Assembly: GCA_965230915.1 (NCBI GenBank)
Contig: OZ246395.1
Coordinates: 204,019 to 268,018, forward strand
From: an uncultured Candidatus Saccharibacteria bacterium
GTDB lineage: Bacteria > Patescibacteriota > WWE3 > 2-01-FULL-39-13
Length of the DNA: 64,000 bases
Reading direction: 5' to 3'
Shown: piece after piece, positions 10,633 through 21,631 of the stretch
Layout: each line of letters opens with the position of its first letter
Position numbering within the stretch: the first letter of the stretch is position 1
The notes under the pieces: generated by a model
Told to the model about the DNA's origin: nothing
Seen by the model: only the letters and a program-made list of their open reading frames with translations
Database searches by the model: none
Made by a program: the position numbers and the translations under genes

Positions 10633-13600
10633 GTGAAGTTTAGATTCCTGCCACCATTCAAAATAAGCCACAAAAAAAATGCAGCAAGCAAAAGAAAAAT
10701 TAGGCCTGTTGTCATTTACGCGCTTATAGTGATAGCTATTCTCGTTCCAGTTATCTATATAGTAAACAACCGTGCAACAAAGTCTGAAGCTGCTTGGTGG
10801 GACGACAGCTGGTCGTATAGACAAAGAATTCCAATTACAAATAGCGGAAGTGCTCAAACCGATTATGAAATCTCATTTACCTTAAATACATCATCTTTAA
10901 TTACGGCAGGAAAATTGCAAAGTGATTGTGATGATATTCGTGTCGTTGGAGAAGACGGAAAAGTACTGCCGGTTTGGGTTCAAGAAGATGTTTCAAATTG
11001 TAATACTTCATCTACAAAAATTTGGACGAAAATACCTTCTATATCCACAGATCCAATGAATATATATGTATATTATGGGAATCCAACAACTACTGGAGCT
11101 TCAGATGGTAACGGTGTTTTTATGTTTTTTGATGATTTTGATAGTAATAGGATATCTGATGCAAAATGGGACGAACAAGATTCCGGGGCCACTGTTTCGG
11201 TTTCGAGCGGTATTGCTACTTTTACCACCTCGTCATCTTCAGATTACTACTGGATCAGTTCGAAAAATCTATTAACATCTCCATATTGGGTCGAATCTTA
11301 TGTAAGTAGCCACAGTAGTGCAAACCCCGGCGGAGCTGTACTAAGAATGGGGCAATCATCTGGCAAAGTTCTAAGATCGAACGGTAACTATTACAATGAA
11401 TACTCTATAGATGATAACCTTAATACCTATAGAATTGTCGGTGATGATTCTGGCAGTGGTTATTCAGTAACTTCTACTACAACCTCTAATACCAGTGGTG
11501 TTTGGCGATTTTCATGGCCGGCAACCGGTACACAGCTATTTTATTTAAATGATGCAAGTACATTAACTGGAGGACATTCGACTGTATCGGCGTCTTCGAA
11601 TACTTATATATATGTTGGATCTCCAGCAAACTCAACAACCGGGTCAGTTTCAATAAGTTGGATTTTAGGCAGAAAATATGCCTCAACAGAACCTTCTGTA
11701 GGAACATTGGGCACAGAGGAGCAGAGTAGCGGTCCACTAATTTACTACAAATTCAACGAAGGTACGGGAACCACTACTAATGATTCATCGGGCAATGGTG
11801 CAAATGGTACTCTTTCTAATGGGCCCGTATGGTCATCGAACAGTTTATGCTTAACAGAAGCTTGTTTATATTTCGATGGTTCCGATGACCAAGTTGATAC
11901 TGGTAAAGATTACTCATGGTCTTCGTCTCAATCATTTGGTTTATCTGTATGGGTCAAGCCCACAAGTATCTCAGGTAATAGAACGATTTTTGGAAAAGGT
12001 CTAACGGGGTCAACCTGGGAATACAGTCTTAAGCTGACCAATGCAACTCCTAACTTTACATATTGGAATACCAGCGGTGGCGGTGAAATTAGTTTGAGCT
12101 CTTCTGAAACGATTGATCTAAATACCTGGAATCACCTTGTGGTTACATACAATGGATCAACTGCATATCTATATTTAAATGGAAAGGTAGTCTCCACTGA
12201 TACAGCGGGAGGAACCTTCCAAAACCGCGCAAATAATATAATTATTGGTAGAGCTTATTTTAACTCAGGAGCAAGCGGAGCATTTCAAGGCTATATCGAT
12301 GAGTTCAAAGTTTATAATTATGCGCGTTCGGCAGCCGAAGTCCAGAAAGATTATCTTTCAGGGTTAGCATCAAGCTCAACGCCACAGGGATCGTCGGCTA
12401 TTTTGGGTGGTGGAGGAATAGGGAATCTAACAAGTGGACTAGTTGGTTACTGGAAATTTGATGATTGGTCATCGGGGATTCCCGACTCAAGTGGAATAGG
12501 TAATTCGGGTTCAGTAACTAACGATACCGCATCAACTACAACTTCAAAATTTGGATTAGCAGCGAACTTCGACGGAACCGACGACAAAATTCTTATTCCA
12601 GATTCATCTGCATATGACTTTCCGGACAACTCTTTTTCAATTGCAACTTGGTTTAAAACTCCCAATACTGCAACGAGTAGGGGAATTTTCTATTTAATAT
12701 CGGATGGTGGCTACTTTTACATTAATATAAATTCATCAGAAGCTGTTGTTCTAGAAACAGGTGATAGCAACGGCACATCAATTAGTGTTACAAGTACAAC
12801 TACATATTCAGATGCAGCGTGGCATCAGATAACAGTTGTAAGAGATGCCGTAAATAAAAAATTACTAACATATATAGATGGAGTGAATATAATATCAGTC
12901 GACGACACGCGTACTGGTAATTTTAATCCTTCATCATTTGTTCAGTTAGTAATTGGTGGTGGTTATAATTTAACAACCTTTGAAGGTCAGCTAGACGATT
13001 TTCGTATATATAATAGAGCGTTAAGTGGAAACGAAGCGAGTCAACTTTATAGCTGGGCTCCAGGCCCAGTTGGTTATTGGAATTTAGACGATGGAACTGG
13101 CACAAGTGCGCTAGATATAAGCGGGAACAGTAGCACTGGTACACTGACCAATGGTCCTACATGGACAAATGGCAAAGTGGGCAAGGGAGTAAATTTTGAT
13201 GGATCAGATGATTATATAAGCATTGGGGATGTATCGGCTTTAAATACAAGTGGAAGTGTTTCGGCTAGTGCTTGGATTTACCTAAATAATACCACTGGCG
13301 TAAAGTCAATTGGTGGCCGATGGGGAACAGGGGCTTCTGATCATAGCTATAAAATAGCTGTTTTGAGCGGTAAATTTTATATAGACGTGTCAGGCACGGG
13401 CTCGGGTGACAATTATCGCCAGTCAAATACAACTCTTTCAACCGGAACTTGGTACCACGTAGAAGGTGTATATACAGCCGGGTCTTCAGCCACTCTTGAT
13501 GTTTATGTAAACGGAAAACTAGATAACGGAACGTTAACTGGAACTGTTCCTTCATCACTATTTACTGGGGCTTCAACTGCAAGAATCGGAACTGATACTA

Positions 13601-15816
13601 CTAATTATTTTAATGGAGTTATTGATGAGTTTAGAGTTTATAACTATGCCCGTTCACAAAAGCAAATACTCCAAGATTTTAATTTTGATCACCCCTCTGT
13701 CGGAACACCTATCGGTGCAACTTTATTACATTATAAATTTGATGAGGGGTATGGGGCGACTACTTATGATAGTTCTCCTAGTGGATTGAATGGAACCCTA
13801 GGTGCTGGAACATCTGCCCCAACATGGTCGAACGATGGCAAATTCGTGAAGGCGTTAACTTTTGATGGTTCGAACGATTATGTAAATGGTGGAACTTCAA
13901 CTAATTTAAATCTTACTGGTCCGTTCACAATAACTGCATGGGCCAAAAGAAGCGCATCATCTTCATACGATACTATCTTGCAGCGATATGCGGAATCATC
14001 TCCATTTAATGGATATGCATTGAGGTATAGCAATGGTGTTGGCGAAGTCAACAAACTTTGTTTCTGGACTGGTGGTGCTTCGGGCACGTGGTTATGCACT
14101 TCAAAAACAATTACTGATACAAGCTGGCATTATCTAACCGCAGTGTGGGACGGAACAACTCGTAGCGTATATATAGATGGTGTTAAGTACGCTTCAGACA
14201 CACAAGCTTCGGCATTAAGTAATTCATCTGACACATTATATATTGGAGCAATAGGCAGCAGCCCTGTAGCCGCAGATTTTGGCGGTACAATGGACGAAGT
14301 GAAAATTTATCCATTTGCTTTGACCGAGGATGAGATAAAGATTGATTACAACAATGGAAAAGTGGCTGTAATGGGTTCAACAGGTACAACATCAGCAGGC
14401 ATTGCTGATAATTCTGCCTTGCGTGAATACTGCGTGCCTGGAGATTCTAGCTCATGTAGTGCTCCAGTTGGAGAATGGAAAATGGACGAAGGCACAGGAT
14501 CTGGCACAGATGCGGTAAAAGACACTGCTAGTACAAATCACGGGGATACTCAGGGATCTATGACAAATGCAAATTGGGTGCCTGGACATTTCGGAAATGC
14601 TTTGCGATTCGATGGAGTAGACGATCTAGTGACTTTAGGAACTGGAAGTACGCTAGCTCAAACAGGATCCTTAACACTTTCTGCTTGGATTAACTATAAC
14701 CAGCCAACGGGTAATTACTACATAATTAGCAAATACCGCGCTGTTTCTGGCAAAAGAGGATATGCGCTACTTATCATAGACAGTAAGTTACAATTTATTC
14801 TTGGAACAGCTGCAGATGGAGCCACAAGCTTTACTTCGACGGGGAGCGTTCCTACTAATGAATGGGCATATGTCGCTGGTGTTATCGGCGCCGACAATGT
14901 AATGAGGCTATATATAAATGGAATTTTGGATTCTACTCAAAATTATTCCGGTACAAGACAAGCGTCAACTACAGATGTCCAAATCGGCGCTTACGGTGAT
15001 TCGGGTTTAAGGAATTCGTACTTTCCCGGAATGATAGATAATGTTCGAATTTACAATACAAATTTAAGTCAGGCACAAATTGCATGGGAATATAATAAAG
15101 GAAAGCCTATCGGACACTATAAACTCGATGAATGTGAAGGTACGACTGCATATAATTCAGCTTTTAGCACAGGTGCTGCACCTGGTCGCAACGGAGATAT
15201 AGATATAGGTGCATCGGGTTCGCAGACAGCAGCGGGGACATGTTCCACATCGGGTGCATGGTATAACGGTTCCACAGGAAAAATTAACTCGAGCCTATAT
15301 TTTGATGGAACCGACGATGAGGTCAATATTCCAGATGATGCTAACTATGATTTTTCTGCCAGTCAGGATTTCACAGTTGCTATTTGGATGAATGCTTCAT
15401 CTTCACAAGTGACATCAACTTCATCATTTTTTGAAAAATGGGATGCAACCGGCGGTTATCCTTTTGCTCTAAGATTTAGCTCGGGTAGTATTGTTGCGGC
15501 CAGATACGACGGAACTAATAATCCCTCTATAACAAGTACATCTGCAATTTATGGTGACGATAACTGGCACCATATCGTATTTGCAAAAATAGGTTCGACC
15601 TTATATTTGTATATTGACGGTAGACTAGACGGTACGGCAACTGATACCACCACCGGTACTACTGCCAATTCATTCCCTCTATATATAGGTAATAGAGGTT
15701 CGGTGGCAAATAGACACTTCACCGGAAAATTAGACGAAGCAATGGTTTTTAATTATGGATTAACATCACAGCTTGTTCGTACTTTATATAACTCAGGTGC
15801 AGCAGCATTTAAATAG
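10633..15816 (+). CDS. Membrane-anchored DUF2341-like plus multi-LamG (concanavalin A-like lectin, Laminin_G_3-type) giant protein. Start uncertain: GTG at 10633 is most consistent with the paralog's N-terminus, and the track's TTG at 10477 is the alternative.
   Basis: N-terminal Lys-rich segment plus a TM helix (IYALIVIAILVPVIYIV). Then 'AAWWDDSWSYRQRIPITNSG...DCDDIRV...YVYYGNP...FDDFD' (DUF2341-like). About 7 tandem units each end in 'F(x)G(x)IDE(F/V)(K/R)(I/V)YNxA(L/R)S..E(I/V)' with 'LxFDGxDD' openings, typical of LamG_3. Confidence 0.8.
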   Translation: MKFRFLPPFKISHKKNAASKRKIRPVVIYALIVIAILVPVIYIVNNRATKSEAAWWDDSWSYRQRIPITNSGSAQTDYEISFTLNTSSLITAGKLQSDCDDIRVVGEDGKVLPVWVQEDVSNCNTSSTKIWTKIPSISTDPMNIYVYYGNPTTTGASDGNGVFMFFDDFDSNRISDAKWDEQDSGATVSVSSGIATFTTSSSSDYYWISSKNLLTSPYWVESYVSSHSSANPGGAVLRMGQSSGKVLRSNGNYYNEYSIDDNLNTYRIVGDDSGSGYSVTSTTTSNTSGVWRFSWPATGTQLFYLNDASTLTGGHSTVSASSNTYIYVGSPANSTTGSVSISWILGRKYASTEPSVGTLGTEEQSSGPLIYYKFNEGTGTTTNDSSGNGANGTLSNGPVWSSNSLCLTEACLYFDGSDDQVDTGKDYSWSSSQSFGLSVWVKPTSISGNRTIFGKGLTGSTWEYSLKLTNATPNFTYWNTSGGGEISLSSSETIDLNTWNHLVVTYNGSTAYLYLNGKVVSTDTAGGTFQNRANNIIIGRAYFNSGASGAFQGYIDEFKVYNYARSAAEVQKDYLSGLASSSTPQGSSAILGGGGIGNLTSGLVGYWKFDDWSSGIPDSSGIGNSGSVTNDTASTTTSKFGLAANFDGTDDKILIPDSSAYDFPDNSFSIATWFKTPNTATSRGIFYLISDGGYFYININSSEAVVLETGDSNGTSISVTSTTTYSDAAWHQITVVRDAVNKKLLTYIDGVNIISVDDTRTGNFNPSSFVQLVIGGGYNLTTFEGQLDDFRIYNRALSGNEASQLYSWAPGPVGYWNLDDGTGTSALDISGNSSTGTLTNGPTWTNGKVGKGVNFDGSDDYISIGDVSALNTSGSVSASAWIYLNNTTGVKSIGGRWGTGASDHSYKIAVLSGKFYIDVSGTGSGDNYRQSNTTLSTGTWYHVEGVYTAGSSATLDVYVNGKLDNGTLTGTVPSSLFTGASTARIGTDTTNYFNGVIDEFRVYNYARSQKQILQDFNFDHPSVGTPIGATLLHYKFDEGYGATTYDSSPSGLNGTLGAGTSAPTWSNDGKFVKALTFDGSNDYVNGGTSTNLNLTGPFTITAWAKRSASSSYDTILQRYAESSPFNGYALRYSNGVGEVNKLCFWTGGASGTWLCTSKTITDTSWHYLTAVWDGTTRSVYIDGVKYASDTQASALSNSSDTLYIGAIGSSPVAADFGGTMDEVKIYPFALTEDEIKIDYNNGKVAVMGSTGTTSAGIADNSALREYCVPGDSSSCSAPVGEWKMDEGTGSGTDAVKDTASTNHGDTQGSMTNANWVPGHFGNALRFDGVDDLVTLGTGSTLAQTGSLTLSAWINYNQPTGNYYIISKYRAVSGKRGYALLIIDSKLQFILGTAADGATSFTSTGSVPTNEWAYVAGVIGADNVMRLYINGILDSTQNYSGTRQASTTDVQIGAYGDSGLRNSYFPGMIDNVRIYNTNLSQAQIAWEYNKGKPIGHYKLDECEGTTAYNSAFSTGAAPGRNGDIDIGASGSQTAAGTCSTSGAWYNGSTGKINSSLYFDGTDDEVNIPDDANYDFSASQDFTVAIWMNASSSQVTSTSSFFEKWDATGGYPFALRFSSGSIVAARYDGTNNPSITSTSAIYGDDNWHHIVFAKIGSTLYLYIDGRLDGTATDTTTGTTANSFPLYIGNRGSVANRHFTGKLDEAMVFNYGLTSQLVRTLYNSGAAAFK

Positions 15817-15890
15817 TTTTAAAAAAGTATTTAATAAAAATGTTAAACTTTAATTTATAAAGATTTGCAGAAATATCAACAAAAAATCGC

Positions 15891-18800
15891 ATGCCCAAAA
15901 GTACTCTTTCTAAAACATTTTTAATAAAAAACACTTTTAATTTTTTTAAAAAACCTACTAAAAACTTTTCAAATGTTGCAAATCAGACAACTACATTACT
16001 CAAAAAGAACAAACGAATAAGAACAACAACAATTTTTGCTGCAATTGTTCTTGTAGTTTTGGTTCCAATAATCATTCTTACATTAAGAAAAGGGGAGCAA
16101 GCTGCCGCTTGGTTTGATGAAAGTTATCAATATCGAAAAGCAGTCGCAATAACAAACTCATCTGGCTCGAATTTAACCGATTTTCAGTCCTCTTTTACTT
16201 TGGATACTGCTGCGTTGGTTACCGCTGGCAAAATGCAAAGTGATTGCGATGATATTCGCATAACAGATGTAAACGGACAGATATTGCCTTTTTGGATAGA
16301 GGAAAATAACCCAGGGTGTAATCAAAGTGCAACTGTTGTCTGGACCAAGGTGCCGAGCATTCCAACCTCCGGAGCAACAGTATATGTTTATTATGGAAAT
16401 CCAAATTCAGCAAATGCGCAAAAAGGTGAAAATGTTTTTGAATTTTTTGACGACTTCTCTCAAAATACAATTGGTTCAAAATGGACTGTTCAATCCGGAA
16501 CCTGGTCAATTTCTGGCGGAGAACTTAGGCAAACCGTTAATAATGTAGTAAACAGGAATATTTATGTAAATTATTCACATTCCAATATTGTTATCGAAAC
16601 ACGTCAAAAAACCTTATCGACTGGAATCGCCGATTATACCGGTATAAATGCTCGTGATCAGGGAACAGGTGCGCGCTATCTATTTAATTGGAATAACCTT
16701 GGAACCGGAGATGTAAATGTTTATAAGAACACTGGAACTGATGCATCCGAAGTATGGACTGAGTTAGGAACCAGCGCAACATATGGTAGTTTAGACCGAT
16801 CTTCTTATCACAAACTAAAAGCAACTATGAACGGATCTTCACTATCAACCTGTGTTGATAGCACATGTACAACTACAACCGATGCCACGTACGCGTCTGG
16901 AACACGAATCGGATTGAGATCTGAAGGTGATAATCGTTTTGACTACTATTTCGTACGTAAATATGCATCTACAGATCCATCATTATCTGCAGGTTCGGAA
17001 GAATTGGGCAAAGCGCCAATCGCATATTGGAAACTCGACGAGGGGCAGGGCAGCACAACATACGATACGATGGGACGCAACAACGGAACCTTAGGTGTCG
17101 GCTCATCGGCTCCGCAATGGAAAAGTGAAAGCGAGTGTATAACAGGGAAGTGTTTGTATTTTGATGGGAGTAATGATTTCTTTTCGATTACTACTCCTAA
17201 CATACAAGATACTCCAAATAAGTTTACAATCGAAGGATATATCAGACCAGCGGAGGTAAATGCTAGGTTTATAGGACCGACAACAAATGGGGTAGATAAT
17301 TATATCGCCTATAACGCAAATAATAAGACGCTCGATGTTGCGATAACAGAATCTACTGACCTTAATAATAGGACAAGATCGTCAGCTAATAACACAGTAT
17401 TACCAAATATCTGGACACATTGGGCTGTATCGATAGATGATAAGGATATAAAAATTTATATAAATGGAAAGTTGAATGCTCAATTTACAGAGACCATAGA
17501 TATCGGTACATGGGCTGGCCCATGGATAATAGGTGCAAGAGGAAATAAGTCTGTCTTCTATCAAGGATATTTAGATGACGTCAAAGTCTACCCATATGCC
17601 CGAACCGCCGCTGAAATCAAAAACGACTACAACAACGTATCGTCAACCCAAGGTACGAGCGCTTCAACGGTTAGCCAAAACCAGGGCGGAGATCTTTCAA
17701 ATGGGTTAGTTGGATATTGGAAAATGGATGAAAATACAGGAACGAGTGCTAGTGATGCAAGTGGGAATAGTAACACCCTTACATTATCCACTTCTTCATG
17801 GACAACCGGAAAATACGGCACTTCATGGAGCGGATCTGGAAGCAGTTATTTATCACGCGCCGACGATTCAGATTTTGATTTTACAAATACAGACGAGTTG
17901 ACCATAAGTTTATGGTACAAAACAAGCAGCACAACAAATGCTGCAGACTACTTAGTAACTAAATACTCATTAGGAAGTGATCTCGGGTATTATCTGTCTT
18001 TTGATGGCTCTTCTGGAACACTAAGCTTTATAACGGGTGATGGACTAAATTTTGACTCTGTCAGCACTAGCGCAGATGTATACGATGCACAGTGGCACCA
18101 TGTCTCGGTTGTAAAAAAGGGAACCACAGACATGCGACTATATTTGGATGGAGTGCTCCAGAGTACAGATAGCTCAATTACTTCGGGCGATTTTTCTACC
18201 GGAACACTTCTTTATGTCGGAGATATTAATGGCCTTGGCGGTGGCAATGCGTTTAACGGAACAATCGATGAGCTTCGGATTTATCGCCGTGCGCTAAATC
18301 CCACAGATGTTAGTGCGCTCTATAATTTTGCTCCAGGACCAGTTGGTTATTACAAACTAGACGATGGATCTGGAACAGCCGTTATAGATGCCTCAGGTAG
18401 CGGAATAAATGGAACACTAGGAACAGGTTCATCGGCTCCATCCTGGTCCTCTGGCAAGTATGGTGGTGCGCTAAGGTTTGATGGGAGCAATGATACAGTA
18501 AATATCTCTTCAAGTGATCTTGGCTATTTTACAAAGAGCGCTACAGTTTGTTTATGGATAAATCGATCTGGAACTTCGCTACAGGAAAGATTTTTTAGCT
18601 CACGATCAGGAAATCCTAGAGAAAGTTTTGAACTACATACCGAAACAAACAATGATCTAGTAAGATTTGATTTGGGTGATGGATCAACCGCCTCATCTTT
18701 GCAAGGAACTGCCAGCATACCTGTTGGCGTATGGACACATATTTGTGGAGTTAGAGATTTGATTAATACTAAAAGGTATATTTATGTTAATGGAAAATTA

Positions 18801-21113
18801 GATGCCACCGAAGGTACTCTAAGTGTTACTGGTGATATTAATCCAACACAAACAACCTTAGGCAATTTATCAACTTCTTCATTTTATGGCGGATTAATCG
18901 ATGATGTAAAAATTTATAATTACGCCCGCACCCAGTCACAAATTTTACAAGACTACAACGCCGACCATCCCAACGTTGGCACCCCAGTCGGTTCCACAGT
19001 TCTAAATTTAAAGTTCGACGAAGGCTATGGAACAACGGCCTACGATAAATCTCCACAAGCAACAAACGGAAACTTAGGTACAGGTACGTCTGCCCCTAGT
19101 TGGACTAATAGTGGAAAATTCGGAAAAGCCCTAACTTTTGATGGCGCCGATGATTATGTAAGCGTTGCAAATACAACCGCCAACCAAAACATGGATGTAA
19201 AGACAATCACAGCGTGGATAAAAATAAATGGTCTTGGTGAAAATTCTGCACCCAGAATTATTGATAAACGACAAGCTGGAACCGGATGGGAAGTGCAGTA
19301 TAAAAGTGACAGTAATCAACGGTTAGAACTTGTCCAGGATTTTTCTGGTTCAGCTGCTCAATGGAGCACACCGGCTAATAGTTTGTCTTCTGGAGTCTGG
19401 ACATATATCGCAGTTGTATATGATCGAACATCTGCTTCGAATGCTCCAATTATGTATATAAATGGTAAATCACAAACCATTACTACTATCGTTGCTCCAT
19501 CTGGTACAGCCTCGTCAGACTCATCTAACCAAATAACAATTGGAAATAGAGCTGCGGCAGATAGAACATTTGATGGCACAATCGACGAAGTTAAAGTTTA
19601 TCCATTCGCCCTCACTGCAGACGAAATCAAACTCGATTACAACCAGGGCAAGCTAGACACAATGGGATCGATCTCCACCGCATCAGATGGCATTACAGCT
19701 TCAAATGGAGCTGATCGGGCATACTGCGTACCTGGCGACACATCCACATGCAACGCGCCAGTAGCTGAGTGGCTATTTAATGAAAATACTGGAACAACTG
19801 CGAATGATACCGGTAGTGGAGGAAGAAATGGTACATTTGGCGCAAGTTCAGCAGCACCTACTTGGACTTTCGGAAAATATGGCAATGGCGTACATTTTAA
19901 TGGGTCGCAATACATAAATACCTCGACACAATTCTCATTTTCAACTTTAACTAGTTTTACTTTATCGGGTTGGTATAAATTTGACGAAGTAGCTGTAGGC
20001 GGCTGGGCTATAGATCGCTCAGATGGCGCAGATGAAATAACGGATATCTACCAAAATGGTGATGATATATCTTTTGTAGTAAGAGATGACAATAAAATTC
20101 CTGATAATGCTATTTATGCAACTGCGTCTAATGTTTTAGTTGCCAATACATGGTATCACGTAGTTGGAGTTCGCGATGTTGCGACAGATAAAATATATCT
20201 ATATTTAAATGGAGAGCTTAAAGCTAGTGCAACAGATACTACCGGCACAACAATTTCCCCGACACTTCGGTTGGGTGCACATTATGCTGGCACTGGGCCA
20301 CAGTTTTCACTCGACGACGTTAGGGTGTACGATTACGCTCGTACTCCAGCTCAAATAGCATGGGAATTTAGCCGTGGTGCGCCGGTTGCATATTATAAAT
20401 TCGATGAATGCCAAGGAACAACAATTAATGACTGGGGCCCTAATGGAAATGGAGGATACAATGGTAATAATTTAACTTTTACAGTTTCGGGGTCTGGTTC
20501 ACAAACTGCTACAGGTACGTGTAGCTCATCAGGTGCCTGGAATAACGGCGCAAGTGGCAAATTTAATTCGGCTTTAAGTTTAGATGGCACTGATGATACT
20601 GCAAAAGTTTCAGATCCATCTAGTGGAATTTTAGATTTTGCAGATGGGGAAAACTTCACCGTTTCTGTATGGGTAAAACCTACGGCAGTAAGTACAAATC
20701 AAGTGGTTTTTGCAAAAAAGAATGGAACTGCAAATACATTAATCGGATACCTCGGCTATATAAATAACCAAGGTAAAGTTGTTTTTGTTGCTGCAACCAA
20801 TTCATCAAACAATATTTCCTTGTTCTCAAATAATCTAGTGACAGCTGGAGTTTGGACGCATTTAACTTACGTATATACCGGTGCGAGCAATACAGTAAAA
20901 GTTTATATTAATGGCCAGGACGCGGGCGGAACGCCTACCGTAACTGGTGATCCGGCAAGTTTAGCTAATAGTGTGGATTTTGCTATTGGTACCGAGTCAG
21001 ATGATCAAGTTCCATTCGCAGGGTTAATTGATGACCTTAAACTTTACCGGTATGCTTTAACTCAAGATCAAATCCAAACAGATATGTCTGGTGGAGCTGT
21101 TAGCTTTAGATAA
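15891..21113 (+). CDS. Paralog of the preceding gene: membrane-anchored DUF2341-like plus multi-LamG-domain giant protein (1740 aa).
   Basis: ATG start preceded by an AT-rich promoter-like region. N-terminal TM (IFAAIVLVVLVPIIIL). 'AAWFDESYQYRKAVAITNSSG...DCDDIRI...YVYYGNP...FDDF' aligns with gene 2, and both carry repeated LamG end motifs 'IDE(L/V)(R/K)(I/V)Y..AL...(D/E)(I/V)'. Confidence 0.85.
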   Translation: MPKSTLSKTFLIKNTFNFFKKPTKNFSNVANQTTTLLKKNKRIRTTTIFAAIVLVVLVPIIILTLRKGEQAAAWFDESYQYRKAVAITNSSGSNLTDFQSSFTLDTAALVTAGKMQSDCDDIRITDVNGQILPFWIEENNPGCNQSATVVWTKVPSIPTSGATVYVYYGNPNSANAQKGENVFEFFDDFSQNTIGSKWTVQSGTWSISGGELRQTVNNVVNRNIYVNYSHSNIVIETRQKTLSTGIADYTGINARDQGTGARYLFNWNNLGTGDVNVYKNTGTDASEVWTELGTSATYGSLDRSSYHKLKATMNGSSLSTCVDSTCTTTTDATYASGTRIGLRSEGDNRFDYYFVRKYASTDPSLSAGSEELGKAPIAYWKLDEGQGSTTYDTMGRNNGTLGVGSSAPQWKSESECITGKCLYFDGSNDFFSITTPNIQDTPNKFTIEGYIRPAEVNARFIGPTTNGVDNYIAYNANNKTLDVAITESTDLNNRTRSSANNTVLPNIWTHWAVSIDDKDIKIYINGKLNAQFTETIDIGTWAGPWIIGARGNKSVFYQGYLDDVKVYPYARTAAEIKNDYNNVSSTQGTSASTVSQNQGGDLSNGLVGYWKMDENTGTSASDASGNSNTLTLSTSSWTTGKYGTSWSGSGSSYLSRADDSDFDFTNTDELTISLWYKTSSTTNAADYLVTKYSLGSDLGYYLSFDGSSGTLSFITGDGLNFDSVSTSADVYDAQWHHVSVVKKGTTDMRLYLDGVLQSTDSSITSGDFSTGTLLYVGDINGLGGGNAFNGTIDELRIYRRALNPTDVSALYNFAPGPVGYYKLDDGSGTAVIDASGSGINGTLGTGSSAPSWSSGKYGGALRFDGSNDTVNISSSDLGYFTKSATVCLWINRSGTSLQERFFSSRSGNPRESFELHTETNNDLVRFDLGDGSTASSLQGTASIPVGVWTHICGVRDLINTKRYIYVNGKLDATEGTLSVTGDINPTQTTLGNLSTSSFYGGLIDDVKIYNYARTQSQILQDYNADHPNVGTPVGSTVLNLKFDEGYGTTAYDKSPQATNGNLGTGTSAPSWTNSGKFGKALTFDGADDYVSVANTTANQNMDVKTITAWIKINGLGENSAPRIIDKRQAGTGWEVQYKSDSNQRLELVQDFSGSAAQWSTPANSLSSGVWTYIAVVYDRTSASNAPIMYINGKSQTITTIVAPSGTASSDSSNQITIGNRAAADRTFDGTIDEVKVYPFALTADEIKLDYNQGKLDTMGSISTASDGITASNGADRAYCVPGDTSTCNAPVAEWLFNENTGTTANDTGSGGRNGTFGASSAAPTWTFGKYGNGVHFNGSQYINTSTQFSFSTLTSFTLSGWYKFDEVAVGGWAIDRSDGADEITDIYQNGDDISFVVRDDNKIPDNAIYATASNVLVANTWYHVVGVRDVATDKIYLYLNGELKASATDTTGTTISPTLRLGAHYAGTGPQFSLDDVRVYDYARTPAQIAWEFSRGAPVAYYKFDECQGTTINDWGPNGNGGYNGNNLTFTVSGSGSQTATGTCSSSGAWNNGASGKFNSALSLDGTDDTAKVSDPSSGILDFADGENFTVSVWVKPTAVSTNQVVFAKKNGTANTLIGYLGYINNQGKVVFVAATNSSNNISLFSNNLVTAGVWTHLTYVYTGASNTVKVYINGQDAGGTPTVTGDPASLANSVDFAIGTESDDQVPFAGLIDDLKLYRYALTQDQIQTDMSGGAVSFR

Positions 21114-21137
21114 AAAATAGGTTAGGGGAATAAAAAA

Positions 21138-21160
21138 AGACCTCTTGCGAGGTCTTTTTT
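21138..21160. terminator. Bidirectional intrinsic terminator between the convergent LamG gene (+) and rplL (-).
   Basis: AAAAAA-AGACCTC-ttgc-GAGGTCT-TTTTTT: a perfect 7-bp stem, 4-nt loop, and A-run/T-run on either side. Confidence 0.7.
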
Positions 21161-21180
21161 AAACTGTTAAAGATTAGTTA

Positions 21181-21585
21181 TTATACTAATTCTACTTTTG
21201 CTCCAGCTTCTTCTAATTTCTTCTTAGCGTTTTCTGCATCGTCTTTCTTAGCATTTTCTAAGATAGTAGCATCGCCTTTGTCGACTAATGCTTTAGCTTC
21301 AACTAATCCTAAGTTTGAATTTAGTTCGCGAACAACTTTAATAACAGCTATTTTAGTAGCTCCTCCGTCTTTTAAGACGACGTTGAATGAATCTTTTTCT
21401 TCAACAGGTGCGGCTGCTTCGGCTCCTGCTGCTGGACCTGCTGCCATAGCAACTGGTGCGGCTGCTGAAACTCCGAACTTTTCTTCCATAGCTTTTACTA
21501 ATTCAGCAAGTTCTAATACAGTCATTTTTTCTACTGCATCCATAACTTCTTGTGCTGCTTTAGATAGTTTAATTTCTTCTGCCAT
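21181..21585 (-). CDS. rplL: 50S ribosomal protein L7/L12.
   Basis: MAEEIKLS..., Ala/Glu-rich hinge and C-terminal domain '...[39 protein letters not shown]'. Confidence 0.9.
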   Translation of the reverse strand: MAEEIKLSKAAQEVMDAVEKMTVLELAELVKAMEEKFGVSAAAPVAMAAGPAAGAEAAAPVEEKDSFNVVLKDGGATKIAVIKVVRELNSNLGLVEAKALVDKGDATILENAKKDDAENAKKKLEEAGAKVELV

Positions 21586-21631
21586 TGATTTGATTCACCT
21601 CCTAAAAGTGATAAGTAGGATAGGTCAGCTG

